From Nitrospirota bacterium (GTDB lineage Bacteria > Nitrospirota > UBA9217), in the NCBI GenBank assembly GCA_035623825.1, contig DASPSR010000062.1, positions 88,023 to 152,022 of the forward strand: 64,000 nucleotides of DNA, given 5' to 3'. Positions 49,896-59,227 of this stretch are shown piece by piece. The notes beneath the pieces were generated by a model. That model was not told where the DNA came from and made no database searches. It saw only the letters and a list, made by a program, of their open reading frames with translations. How positions within the stretch are numbered: position 1 is the stretch's first letter; every line of letters begins with the position of its first letter. The position numbers and the translations under genes were made by a program.

Positions 49896-52517
49896 ATGGA
49901 AGTCATCACCAGCCATACGAACGCCGATTTTGATGCCCTTGCGTCCATGGTCGCGGCAAAGAAGCTCTACCCTGGGGCAACGCTCGTCTTTCCCGGATCC
50001 CAGGAGAAGAGCATGAGGGACTTTTTCCTCGAGTCAACATTTTACGCCGTAGAGGCCGAACGGCTCAGGAACGTCGACATCGACAGCGTCACGAGGCTCA
50101 TCATCGTCGATAACCGGAATCCTGCCCGGTTGGGCAAGCTTGCGGGCGCGCTCGGCCGTCCAGGCGTCTCTGTGCATATCTATGACCATCATCCACCCAC
50201 GGAGGGAGACGTCCGGGGAGAACTCGAGATCGTGGAGGAGATCGGCGCCACGACCACCATTATGGTCGAGCTGCTGAGGCAGAAAGGGATCCCGATTACG
50301 CCGCTCGAAGCCACGATCTTTGCCCTCGGCATCTACGAAGAGACCGGCTCGCTTACCTATGTGTCTACCACGGATCGCGACGCGCAGGCCGTAGGGTACC
50401 TCATCTCCCAGGGCGCACAGCTGAACATCGTTTCCGATTTCATTTCCCGCGAGCTGACAGCGGAGCAAATCGCGATCCTGAACGACCTCATCAAGGCCGC
50501 CACGATCTATGATATCAACGGGGTCCGAGTGGTGATCGCGGCCATGGCCACACATCATTATGTCCCGGACCTTGCGAACCTGGCTCACAAGATCAGGGAC
50601 ATGGAAAGCCTCGACGTGGTCTTCCTTGTGGTGCAGATGGGAGACAAGACGCACGTAATCGGGCGCTGCAGGATACCCCAGGTGAACGCTGGCGAGGTGC
50701 TGGAAGGACTGGGTGGCGGCGGCCATGCCACGGCGGCATCGGCAGTGGCAAGGGACATGACGTACCTGCAGGCCAAGGAGCGTCTGATCGATGTCCTGAA
50801 GCATCACATAAAACCCGGGCCGATCGCGAGCGAGATCATGACCTCTCCGGTCAAGACCATACCGTTTGGCAGCACCATCCAGGAGGCGAACGAGGCCATG
50901 ACCCGGTTCAGCGTGAACGTGCTGCCTGTCCTGAGCAACGAACGGTTCCGAGGGACCATCACGCGCGAGGTAGTGCAGAAGGCGCTCTTCCACGGGCTGG
51001 CTGAGCAGAAGGTTGAAGAGTTCATGACCACCGGGGGGCCGGTTGCGTCTCCCGACATGCCTATGGCCCAGGTTGAACGGGTAATGATCGAAGAGCATCA
51101 GCGTTTTATCCCGGTACTCGACAAGAGCGGCCTGCTCGTGGGGGCCATCACCCGCACAGATCTCCTGCGTTCCCTGCACGAAGAACGTCTGGCAGAGTTT
51201 CCTGAACAGGAAGGTCTCGACCTGCGTTCCACCCGGAACATCAAGGGCCTGATCGATGAACGGCTGCCGCCGGAGGTGTGCGATGCGCTCAGGGCGGTCG
51301 GCGAGGTCGCCGACGAGGCGGGGTTCTCGGCATATCTCGTCGGGGGCATTGTGCGGGACCTGTTCCTTCGCGTTGCCAACCTCGACGTCGACATCGTAGT
51401 GGAGGGGGACGGGATAACGTTCGCGGGCTTGCTCGTAAAAAAGGTGGGCGGCCGCATGAAGACCCACCTGAAGTTTGGCACTGCTGTCATCGTGCTCCCG
51501 AATGGGCTTAAGCTCGACATCGCCACTGCCCGGCTCGAGTATTATGAGTCCCCGGCGGCTCTGCCCACAGTCGAGCTCTCTTCCATTAAAAAGGACCTCT
51601 ATCGCCGTGATTTCACGATCAACACCCTTGCAGTGCGGTTGAACCGCAAGCGCTATGGGGAGCTCATCGATTTTTTCGGCGGTCTGCGCGATGTCAAGGA
51701 AAAGACTATCCGCGTCCTCCATAGTCTTTCATTCGTGGAGGACCCGACGCGCGTGCTCCGGGCGATCAGGTTCGAGCAGCGCTTTGCTTTCCGCCTCAGC
51801 AAGCACACCCAGAACCTGATCAAGACCGCCGTGAATATGAAACTGTTCCATAAGCTCACGGGTGAACGGATATACACCGAGTTGGTGCTCATGTTCTCGG
51901 AGGCAGAGCCCTTCAAGGTGCTGAAGCGCATGAAAGACTTCGACCTTCTCAAGTTCCTCCATCCGGACCTCAAAAGCACGCCCGAGACAGATCGGCTCTT
52001 TGACTCTATTGCAGAGACGCTTACCTGGTTCCGTCTCCTCTATCTGGACATCAGGATCGAGAAGTGGTTCGTGTATTTTCTCGGCCTTTTGGACCGCTTG
52101 AAGGATACGGCCGTGGAAGAGACTTTGGAACGACTTGCGGTCCCTTCCAGGATCCGGGAGCGGGTGCAGCATGCGCGGGAGCGGTACCGCGGGGTGCTCT
52201 ATGTCTTCTACAAGGAGACCGACCTCCCCCCGAGCCGCGTGTACGACCTCCTCGCGCCTTTGGATGTCGAGGCGATCCTCGTGGTGATGGCGAAGGCAAG
52301 GCAGGACGTGGCCAAAAAATACATCTCCCTCTATCTCACCCACCTGCGCAATGTCAAGGTGATGCTTACAGGTGACGATCTCAAGGCCCTGGGCATACCG
52401 CCCGGGCCACTTTACCGGAAACTCCTCACAGAGTTGCTGGATGCGAAGCTGGATGGCTTGGTCAGGAACCGGGAAGAAGAAATCGATTTTGCAAAGAACA
52501 AGAGCGCATCATGGTGA
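49896..52517 (+). CDS. DHH-DHHA1-CBS-tRNA nucleotidyltransferase (CCA- or A-adding type)
   Basis: ADFDA, YDHH, GGGGHATAASA, CBS pair, GGIVRD.DVD, RRDFTIN, EDPTR. Confidence 0.92.
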   Translation: MEVITSHTNADFDALASMVAAKKLYPGATLVFPGSQEKSMRDFFLESTFYAVEAERLRNVDIDSVTRLIIVDNRNPARLGKLAGALGRPGVSVHIYDHHPPTEGDVRGELEIVEEIGATTTIMVELLRQKGIPITPLEATIFALGIYEETGSLTYVSTTDRDAQAVGYLISQGAQLNIVSDFISRELTAEQIAILNDLIKAATIYDINGVRVVIAAMATHHYVPDLANLAHKIRDMESLDVVFLVVQMGDKTHVIGRCRIPQVNAGEVLEGLGGGGHATAASAVARDMTYLQAKERLIDVLKHHIKPGPIASEIMTSPVKTIPFGSTIQEANEAMTRFSVNVLPVLSNERFRGTITREVVQKALFHGLAEQKVEEFMTTGGPVASPDMPMAQVERVMIEEHQRFIPVLDKSGLLVGAITRTDLLRSLHEERLAEFPEQEGLDLRSTRNIKGLIDERLPPEVCDALRAVGEVADEAGFSAYLVGGIVRDLFLRVANLDVDIVVEGDGITFAGLLVKKVGGRMKTHLKFGTAVIVLPNGLKLDIATARLEYYESPAALPTVELSSIKKDLYRRDFTINTLAVRLNRKRYGELIDFFGGLRDVKEKTIRVLHSLSFVEDPTRVLRAIRFEQRFAFRLSKHTQNLIKTAVNMKLFHKLTGERIYTELVLMFSEAEPFKVLKRMKDFDLLKFLHPDLKSTPETDRLFDSIAETLTWFRLLYLDIRIEKWFVYFLGLLDRLKDTAVEETLERLAVPSRIRERVQHARERYRGVLYVFYKETDLPPSRVYDLLAPLDVEAILVVMAKARQDVAKKYISLYLTHLRNVKVMLTGDDLKALGIPPGPLYRKLLTELLDAKLDGLVRNREEEIDFAKNKSASW

Positions 52518-52561
52518 AGTTTCCCGTTGACGAATGAGGAAATTTTAGGCATAGTTACTCC

Positions 52562-54199
52562 ATGATCTATGCGAGCCTTTTCGGAGGGGTGCTTCTTCTC
52601 CTCTATGGCATCAGGCTGCTGAACGACGGCCTGCAGAACGCGGCGGGCAGCCGGATCCGCTCGCTTCTCCGTTCGCTCACGAGCAACAGGTTTTCTGCAG
52701 TAGGTGCCGGGGCCCTCATCACCGGGCTCATCCAGTCGAGCAGCGCGACATCGGTCATGCTTGTAGGGTTCGTGAGCGCAGGGTTGATGAGCTTCCGCCA
52801 GACGCTGGCCGTTATCCTGGGCGCGGACATCGGCGCAACGCTCACAGTCCAGCTCATCGCCTTCCATGTCTACGATTACGCTATCCTTCTTATCGGCGTA
52901 GGCCTTCTCTTCGACCTGTTCTCCAAGAAGGATCTGTACAAATATGTCGGGCAGGGCCTGCTGGGGTTCGGCTTCGTCTTTCTTTCCATCAAGATCATGT
53001 CGGATGCGATGGCGCCCCTTGAGCAGAACCAGCTATTCCGTGAGGTCCTGCTCGTCATGTTCAGGACCCCGCTCTCGGGGATCGTGCTCTCCGCCGTTTT
53101 TACGGGGCTCATCCATAGCAGCGCAGCCACGATCGGCATCGCACTCGCCTTTGCCAGTCACGGCCTCATCTCCCTAGACTCTGCTATCCATGTCGTTCTC
53201 GGCGCGAACATCGGGACCTGCTCCACCGCACTGATGGCGAGCTTGCGAGCGCCTGCCGAGGCACGGCGGGTGGCTTGGGCGCACGTCCTCTTCAAGGTGC
53301 TCGGCGTGGCCCTGTTCCTTCCCTTCCTGTCCCCATTCCAGAACCTCGTCATGAACACGGCCCCGGATCTCCTCAGGCAGATCGCCAACGCTCACACTCT
53401 GTTCAACGCGATCATGGCGATAATCTTCCTCCCTTTTACGAGTCTGTTTTCGAAACTGATCATAAAGCTTGTGCCGGAGAAGGCCGAGGAAAAGAAGTTC
53501 GGACCCCTGTACCTCGATGACCACGTGCTCAAAACTCCCTCACTGGCGCTCGGCCAGGCCGCACGCGAGGCGCTCCGGGCGTCCGACATCGTCCGGGAGA
53601 TGCTCATCGAATCAGTCAGGGTATTTGCGAGCGATGACCAATCGACCGTAGCGTCCATAAAAAACAAGGATAACCTGATAGACCTCCTCGATCGCCATAT
53701 CCGCCTCTATATTGCCCGACTGTCATCCTCTCACCTTACGGAATCCCAGTCCCGTCGCTCCATGGTCGTCCTGGAAATCTCCCGCAATCTTGAGAGCATC
53801 GGAGACATCGTAGATCGGAACATCATGCCTCTCGCCATGAAGCGGATCAACAAAGGACTGACTTTTTCGCAAGAAGGGATGAACGAGATCATTTCATTCC
53901 ACAAAAAGATCATTGAAAACTTCGACACAGCCATATCGGCTTTCGCAAGCAACGATCGGGACCTTGCGGACCGAGTGCTCAGGAACAAGGAAGAGCTTGG
54001 TATCATGGAGAGGGAGCTCGTTCAGGCCCATCTCGACCGGCTCAGCAAGGGGTTCCAGGAATCCATCGACACAAGCCATATCCATCTTGATCTTCTTGGA
54101 AATCTCGCGCGTATCAACTCTCTCATTACCCACATCATCTATCCGATCTCCGACGATAAGCGCGGCAGGGGACGGGAGGACGTGGGGATTGAAGGATGA
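52562..54199 (+). CDS. Na+/phosphate cotransporter family protein with PhoU-like C-terminus
   Basis: QSSSATS...GADIGAT and HSSAAT...GANIGT repeats. Confidence 0.93.
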   Translation: MIYASLFGGVLLLLYGIRLLNDGLQNAAGSRIRSLLRSLTSNRFSAVGAGALITGLIQSSSATSVMLVGFVSAGLMSFRQTLAVILGADIGATLTVQLIAFHVYDYAILLIGVGLLFDLFSKKDLYKYVGQGLLGFGFVFLSIKIMSDAMAPLEQNQLFREVLLVMFRTPLSGIVLSAVFTGLIHSSAATIGIALAFASHGLISLDSAIHVVLGANIGTCSTALMASLRAPAEARRVAWAHVLFKVLGVALFLPFLSPFQNLVMNTAPDLLRQIANAHTLFNAIMAIIFLPFTSLFSKLIIKLVPEKAEEKKFGPLYLDDHVLKTPSLALGQAAREALRASDIVREMLIESVRVFASDDQSTVASIKNKDNLIDLLDRHIRLYIARLSSSHLTESQSRRSMVVLEISRNLESIGDIVDRNIMPLAMKRINKGLTFSQEGMNEIISFHKKIIENFDTAISAFASNDRDLADRVLRNKEELGIMERELVQAHLDRLSKGFQESIDTSHIHLDLLGNLARINSLITHIIYPISDDKRGRGREDVGIEG

Positions 54200-54296
54200 T
54201 CGACGGGCTCAGGGGGAAGGGTCATGGGATCTGGTCAACAGAATATACCTTGACCCATGACGTTGTCATCCAGGCCGATATTTTTGGAGGAGTATT

Positions 54297-54695
54297 ATGA
54301 TCAGGCAACTAAGGGTCAAAACGAATTCCAGGACAGAACTCGTTGATATCACGCAGGGAGTACAGAGGCTGGTGGCCGAGAGCGGCATCCGCTCCGGCGT
54401 TTGTTACATATACGTGCCTCACACAACCTCCGCGGTCACGATAAATGAGAACTCTGACCCGAACGTCGGGCGAGACATCCTGAAAGAACTGAATAAGATC
54501 ATCCCTTTCGATGACAACTACGGCCATACCGAGGGAAACTCGGCTGCGCACATCAAGTCGAGCATCATCGGGGTGTCAAGGGTCGTAATGGTGGAAGAGG
54601 GAAGGCTCGCTCTCGGGACATGGCAGGCGGTGTTCTTCTGCGAGTTCGACGGACCCCGCGAACGCAGGGTGTTCGTGAAGGTGATGCAGGACTGA
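54297..54695 (+). CDS. yjbQ: YjbQ / UPF0047 family protein
   Basis: PHTTSAVTINEN, EGNSAAHIKSS, LGTWQAVFFCEFDGPR. Confidence 0.93.
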   Translation: MIRQLRVKTNSRTELVDITQGVQRLVAESGIRSGVCYIYVPHTTSAVTINENSDPNVGRDILKELNKIIPFDDNYGHTEGNSAAHIKSSIIGVSRVVMVEEGRLALGTWQAVFFCEFDGPRERRVFVKVMQD

Positions 54696-55025
54696 AGCAA
54701 ATCCAAAAAAGGGAGCTCCAGGCAGCAAAGAGATTCAAAAATTCAGTGCTGTAAACTCCAGGTATTCGGTCATTAGATTTTCGATATCATTTTTGTGATT
54801 CGGGTTTTGACGATAGAATTTTTCGCGTAATTCAGGTAGCGCTTTGAAAAGCTCTTAAGGGCGATGGGGGTATCGCATGGCATCATGATGGTCGTCTTTC
54901 CCTCCCACCCCAGATCGCGTGCGGTCATTAGGGCATCGTAAATGATATCAAGGTCGGGGGAATATGAATCTGAAAGTGATGGTTTGAGATTTGGAATTTC
55001 CAGCATGATATGGTAATATCCAACC

Positions 55026-56066
55026 ATGACGCAGGTTGCAGAACGGCTCAGACTTTCGGATTTCGATTATCACCTCCCTGAATCGCTCATCGCGCAGGAA
55101 CCTTCACCGGTCAGGGACCGATCGCGAATCATGGTCCTCAAGCGCAAAACGGGCGCCATCGGACACCGCATTTTCTCTGACATCGAACACTTGCTCATGA
55201 CGGGCGACTTGCTTGTGCTGAACAACACCAAGGTCTTTCCGTGCAGACTCCTGGCAAGGAAACAGGGAGGCGGGAAGGCAGAGATCTTCCTGCTGCACGA
55301 GAAAGGGCGAAATCTGTGGGATGCACTGGTGAAGGCCGGCGGAGGCTGCAGCAAAAGGTTGAACATGGCCATGGGCATCGAGGCGGAGGTCATGACCGGC
55401 AACGACGAAGGTATCAGGACCGTCCGGTTTTACGGCGTAAACGATATCCGGACAGTTCTCCCTGAGATCGGGAGAACCCCGCTCCCACCCTACATAAAAC
55501 GCGAGCCCTTTCCTAGCGACCGGGAACGCTATCAGACCGTGTATGCTGCGAATGAAGGGGCGGTTGCCGCACCCACAGCCGGCCTGCATTTCAGTGAAGA
55601 ACTGCTCCAGCGCTTGAAGGCGAAAGGCATTGATTTCGTCATGGTGACGCTTCACGTGGGTCCCGGCACGTTCCTCCCTGTCCGGGTTGAGATGATCGCG
55701 GAGCACCGGATGCTCCCAGAGCGATATTCTGTTCCCAAGGATGCAGCCGAACGTATTAACCGTGCCAAAGGCGATGGGAGACGGATAATTGCCGTCGGGA
55801 CCACGAGTGTGCGAGCGATCGAGACGGCGGCGACGGAAGACGGCGTGGTTGCCCCGGGGGAAGGGAGATCCGACCTGTTCATCTATCCGGGATACCGCTT
55901 CAAGGTGGTGGACGGGGTCATTACCAATTTCCATCTGCCGAAGTCAACGCTCCTCATGCTCGTCTCGGCGTTCGCTGGCAGGGAGCATCTCCTGTCTGCA
56001 TACCGTGCAGCGGTGGCGCAGAAGTACCGGTTTTACAGCTACGGAGATGCAATGCTCATTTATTAG
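55026..56066 (+). CDS. queA: SAM:tRNA ribosyltransferase-isomerase
   Basis: FDYHLPESLIAQ, PLPPYI, YQTVYA, AAPTAGLHF, FYSYGDAM. Confidence 0.97.
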   Translation: MTQVAERLRLSDFDYHLPESLIAQEPSPVRDRSRIMVLKRKTGAIGHRIFSDIEHLLMTGDLLVLNNTKVFPCRLLARKQGGGKAEIFLLHEKGRNLWDALVKAGGGCSKRLNMAMGIEAEVMTGNDEGIRTVRFYGVNDIRTVLPEIGRTPLPPYIKREPFPSDRERYQTVYAANEGAVAAPTAGLHFSEELLQRLKAKGIDFVMVTLHVGPGTFLPVRVEMIAEHRMLPERYSVPKDAAERINRAKGDGRRIIAVGTTSVRAIETAATEDGVVAPGEGRSDLFIYPGYRFKVVDGVITNFHLPKSTLLMLVSAFAGREHLLSAYRAAVAQKYRFYSYGDAMLIY

Positions 56067-56253
56067 TCAGGAGCGCGGACGCGGGGCGCTGCGGCCCGCC
56101 GGCTCAATGATCTGAGCGAATATCGGCTCACTGGTGATTTTCGCCTGAGGTTGAGGTTTTAACGAAAGAATATTTCCGCTCACAAACTTCATCGATCAGT
56201 TCCAAAAGAAGCGCTTGCTCAGCAAAGAGCGGTGCGCCTTATGGATGGATCAA

Positions 56254-56283
56254 CTTGCCAAAATCTTGGCAAGCACTTTTTTT
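56254..56283 (+). terminator. Putative intrinsic terminator downstream of queA
   Basis: CTTGCCAA-AATC-TTGGCAAG followed by CACTTTTTTT. Confidence 0.5.
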
Positions 56284-56343
56284 GAAACGGAGGCTCCGAT
56301 TGCTCTCCGGCCTGAAGGCCGATGTTTCCTCGGAGAAACTTTG

Positions 56344-57024
56344 ATGAATGAACAAGGTGGGATCATATCCAAGCTGTTCATCATCCCGGCGGGTGTGGCC
56401 CTGATGGTGGGATTTTTCTTCCTGGGGTATTTCGTGGGAAAATATCAGGGCAGGTCCGGTGTGCAGGGAGAGGTCGGGCCGCCGCTTCCCGAGGTGGTCT
56501 CGAAAAACATCCCGAAGCAGGAAGAGTTCACATTCTACAAGACGCTGACGGACAAGGAAAACAAGACGGTAACGATCGACCTCAAGCCCAAGTCCATATC
56601 CGAGGAAAAGCAGCCCGACAAGAAGCAGACCGGCACCGAAGAGATCAAGGGTGAACAAGCTGCCACGAAGGATAAAAAGGTTGAGGTCAAGGCGGAGAAG
56701 GAGAATGCCCCCTTGCCGCCAAAACAGACAGCGTCAAATCAGCTCCCTGTGCAGGCGAAGAAGGCACCCACCGTGACACATATCTCCAAGCTGCGCTATA
56801 CCATCCAGATCGCTTCGTATCAAGAAAAGGACATGGCAGAAGATGAAGTGAAGAAGCTGAAGACGCTCGGGTATGCGGCTTTCATCGTCTCTTCCGACGT
56901 GCCGGACAAGGGGACTTGGCACCGGGTGAGGCTTGGAAGCTTTTCAAACAGGGCAGCAGCTGAGAAACTCATGAAGCAGCTCCAAGCCAAAGAAGGGATT
57001 TCATCGTTCATTACGATCGAATAA
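56344..57024 (+). CDS. SPOR-domain cell division protein (FtsN/DedD-like)
   Basis: N-terminal TM, FTFYKTL, charged linker, YTIQIASY...WHRVRLGSF. Confidence 0.9.
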   Translation: MNEQGGIISKLFIIPAGVALMVGFFFLGYFVGKYQGRSGVQGEVGPPLPEVVSKNIPKQEEFTFYKTLTDKENKTVTIDLKPKSISEEKQPDKKQTGTEEIKGEQAATKDKKVEVKAEKENAPLPPKQTASNQLPVQAKKAPTVTHISKLRYTIQIASYQEKDMAEDEVKKLKTLGYAAFIVSSDVPDKGTWHRVRLGSFSNRAAAEKLMKQLQAKEGISSFITIE

Positions 57025-57086
57025 AGCCTTCCTCCGGATGACCGCACTGTTCTTACGCTATGACCTCTGCCCCCGTGCCTGATTTC

Positions 57087-57497
57087 TTAATGCACTTGCC
57101 TGTCGGTTATCAACTGAAGGGTGAGCGGGATGAGACCCACGCACTCGCCGTCCAAAAGAGTCTCGATCCAGTATGTGCCTGGAGCCGCGAAGGTGGTGTT
57201 GAATCGGATTGAGATGTCACGATGCCTCTGGGTTTCGCTAAAGAGGGTTATGGAGCTTTCGGATTCGGATATGACCTGTTCACGGTCCGGGGTGAGGAGC
57301 CTCATCCTGCACCTGAACTCTCCTTTACCGCCTGTCCACTCGTTGACGATTGCGAATCGCGGATGCACGGCGGGAAAGACATTCGCATAAATGTTTTCGA
57401 ACAGCCCCATCAGACTGAACTTGCCGCCCATTTCCTGCCGAACATCATCGCACAGGATCGTGTAGTTTAACCTAGGTTTGGTCTTCACTGTTGCCAT
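57087..57497 (-). CDS. Hypothetical protein (DUF6941-like)
   Basis: ILCDDVRQEMGGKFSLMGLF...FAAPGTYWIE. Confidence 0.75.
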   Translation of the reverse strand: MATVKTKPRLNYTILCDDVRQEMGGKFSLMGLFENIYANVFPAVHPRFAIVNEWTGGKGEFRCRMRLLTPDREQVISESESSITLFSETQRHRDISIRFNTTFAAPGTYWIETLLDGECVGLIPLTLQLITDRQVH

Positions 57498-57545
57498 TAG
57501 AAGTACGGTATCATACAAGCGAGACCGCCGTCAATCTGTTTTTTC

Positions 57546-57574
57546 TTGACAAATATTTTCAACCAACGTAATCT
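57546..57574 (+). promoter_or_regulatory. Sigma70 promoter of pheST
   Basis: TTGACA-17nt-TAATCT, 12 nt before the ATG. Confidence 0.75.
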
Positions 57575-57586
57575 TATCGGCAACTT

Positions 57587-59161
57587 ATGGAGCGATTGGA
57601 CATTAAAAAGCAGCTTGAAAGTCTTCATCCCCTCGAGACAAAAGTGCTTCTCTGCTTCATCAATGGGGCAGAGCCGCTCTCTGCATTGGGCATCATGAAC
57701 GCATCAGGTCTCGACGAATCCCGCCTGGACATGGCATCAGGCTGGCTTCAGACTAAAGGCCTGCTCGACGTGAAGGACGAATCGGTCGCGTCATACGTCT
57801 CACTGACAGAAACAGGCAAAGAATATCATAAACAGGGGACGCCGGAGAATCGGATCATCGGCGCTCTCAGAGAAGGAAGAGAGTTTACCGTCAAGGACAT
57901 GATTCAGACCTGGGGCATGGAACCCTCGGAAGTCAGTTCGGCGACGGGATCCTTGAAGGCAAGCAACGTCATAAGCATAGGCCAAGGCGGGGTCCTGCGT
58001 CTGAATGCAAACGCAGATACAGGGCCCTACGATGCTCTCAAGCGCGTCATCGATGAAACGGCGGTGGCGAAAGTCGCGCTCCCGCTTCCGAGTCTGCCGG
58101 CGGCAACACAAAAACTGATTCATGAGAACTTCCACAAGCGCGGCAAGTCGAAGGGCATTTTCCGTATCACCGAGAAGAAGAACCGCTCATACCATCTGAC
58201 CGCCTCAGGCAACGAACTCCTCAGCCTGCTCAGGGAGCGGGGAACCGGCAAGGAAGAGATTTCGGCGCTCACACCGGAGATGCTGCAGCATGGCACCTGG
58301 AAGAATAAAAAGTTCCGTGCCTACAACATTGCGCTCAATCCACCGCGTCAAAGCATCGGCAGGAAGCATCCCTATAAGGAATTTCTCGATTTTGTGAAAT
58401 ACAAGTTCATCGGCATGGGGTTCGATGAGATGCGAGGCCCGCTCGTGGAGAACGAATTCTGGGACATGGACGCACTGTTCATGCCGCAGTTCCACCCGGC
58501 CCGGAACATCCATGACGTATACTTCGTGAAGGAACCGGGTTCAAGCAAAAAGATCGAGGAGCCCTTCGGCAAGCGGGTCGCCGCGGCCCACAAGGACGGC
58601 GGCAAGACCGGCTCTACAGGCTGGCGGTATGTCTTCGATCTCGAGCGCGCAAAAAGGCTGATCCTCAGAAGCCAGGGCACGGCCGTGTCGGCAAGGACGC
58701 TTGCGTCCGGGCCGAAGATACCGGGGAAATATTTTTCGATAGCGCGCTGTTTCCGCTATGATGCCGTTGATGCCACGCACGCACCCGACTTTTACCAGGT
58801 CGAGGGCATCGTGCTCGGAGAGGACATCGATTTCAAGGCGCTGCTCGGTTTGCTGAAACTCTTTGGCCAGGAGATCGCCAAGGCAAGTGATTTCCAGTTC
58901 CGGCCGGCATACTTTCCGTTCACCGAACCGTCGGTGGAATTGCACGTGAAGCACCCCGAACTCGGATGGATGGAGCTTGGCGGCGCGGGCATATTCCGGC
59001 CCGAGGTCACTGCTCCGCTCGGCGTGAACGCGCCGGTAATCGCCTGGGGTCTCGGTCTCGACCGCATGGCCATGGTCGCGCTCGGAATCCAGGACATACG
59101 CGACCTGTTCTCGCGTGACCTGGATTTTATCAGGACAAAAAAGATAGCGCTCAACAAATAG
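57587..59161 (+). CDS. pheS: Phenylalanine--tRNA ligase alpha subunit, archaeal/eukaryal type
   Basis: 524 aa with a long N-terminal extension (LTETG...GTPE). DALFMPQFHPAR, FRYDAVDATH, YFPFTEPSVE, WGLGLDRMAM...IQDIRDL. Confidence 0.95.
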   Translation: MERLDIKKQLESLHPLETKVLLCFINGAEPLSALGIMNASGLDESRLDMASGWLQTKGLLDVKDESVASYVSLTETGKEYHKQGTPENRIIGALREGREFTVKDMIQTWGMEPSEVSSATGSLKASNVISIGQGGVLRLNANADTGPYDALKRVIDETAVAKVALPLPSLPAATQKLIHENFHKRGKSKGIFRITEKKNRSYHLTASGNELLSLLRERGTGKEEISALTPEMLQHGTWKNKKFRAYNIALNPPRQSIGRKHPYKEFLDFVKYKFIGMGFDEMRGPLVENEFWDMDALFMPQFHPARNIHDVYFVKEPGSSKKIEEPFGKRVAAAHKDGGKTGSTGWRYVFDLERAKRLILRSQGTAVSARTLASGPKIPGKYFSIARCFRYDAVDATHAPDFYQVEGIVLGEDIDFKALLGLLKLFGQEIAKASDFQFRPAYFPFTEPSVELHVKHPELGWMELGGAGIFRPEVTAPLGVNAPVIAWGLGLDRMAMVALGIQDIRDLFSRDLDFIRTKKIALNK

Positions 59162-59227
59162 GAACACGGGCTCAGGATACAGATCACCCTGACCCCGTTG
59201 ACGGGACGCTGGACACTTGAATCTGCT

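Noticed and set aside
50034-51722. 562-aa minus-strand ORF (similarly 43330-44592, 40686-41909, 27504-28733)
   Set aside because: Shadows of well-supported genes on the opposite strand.
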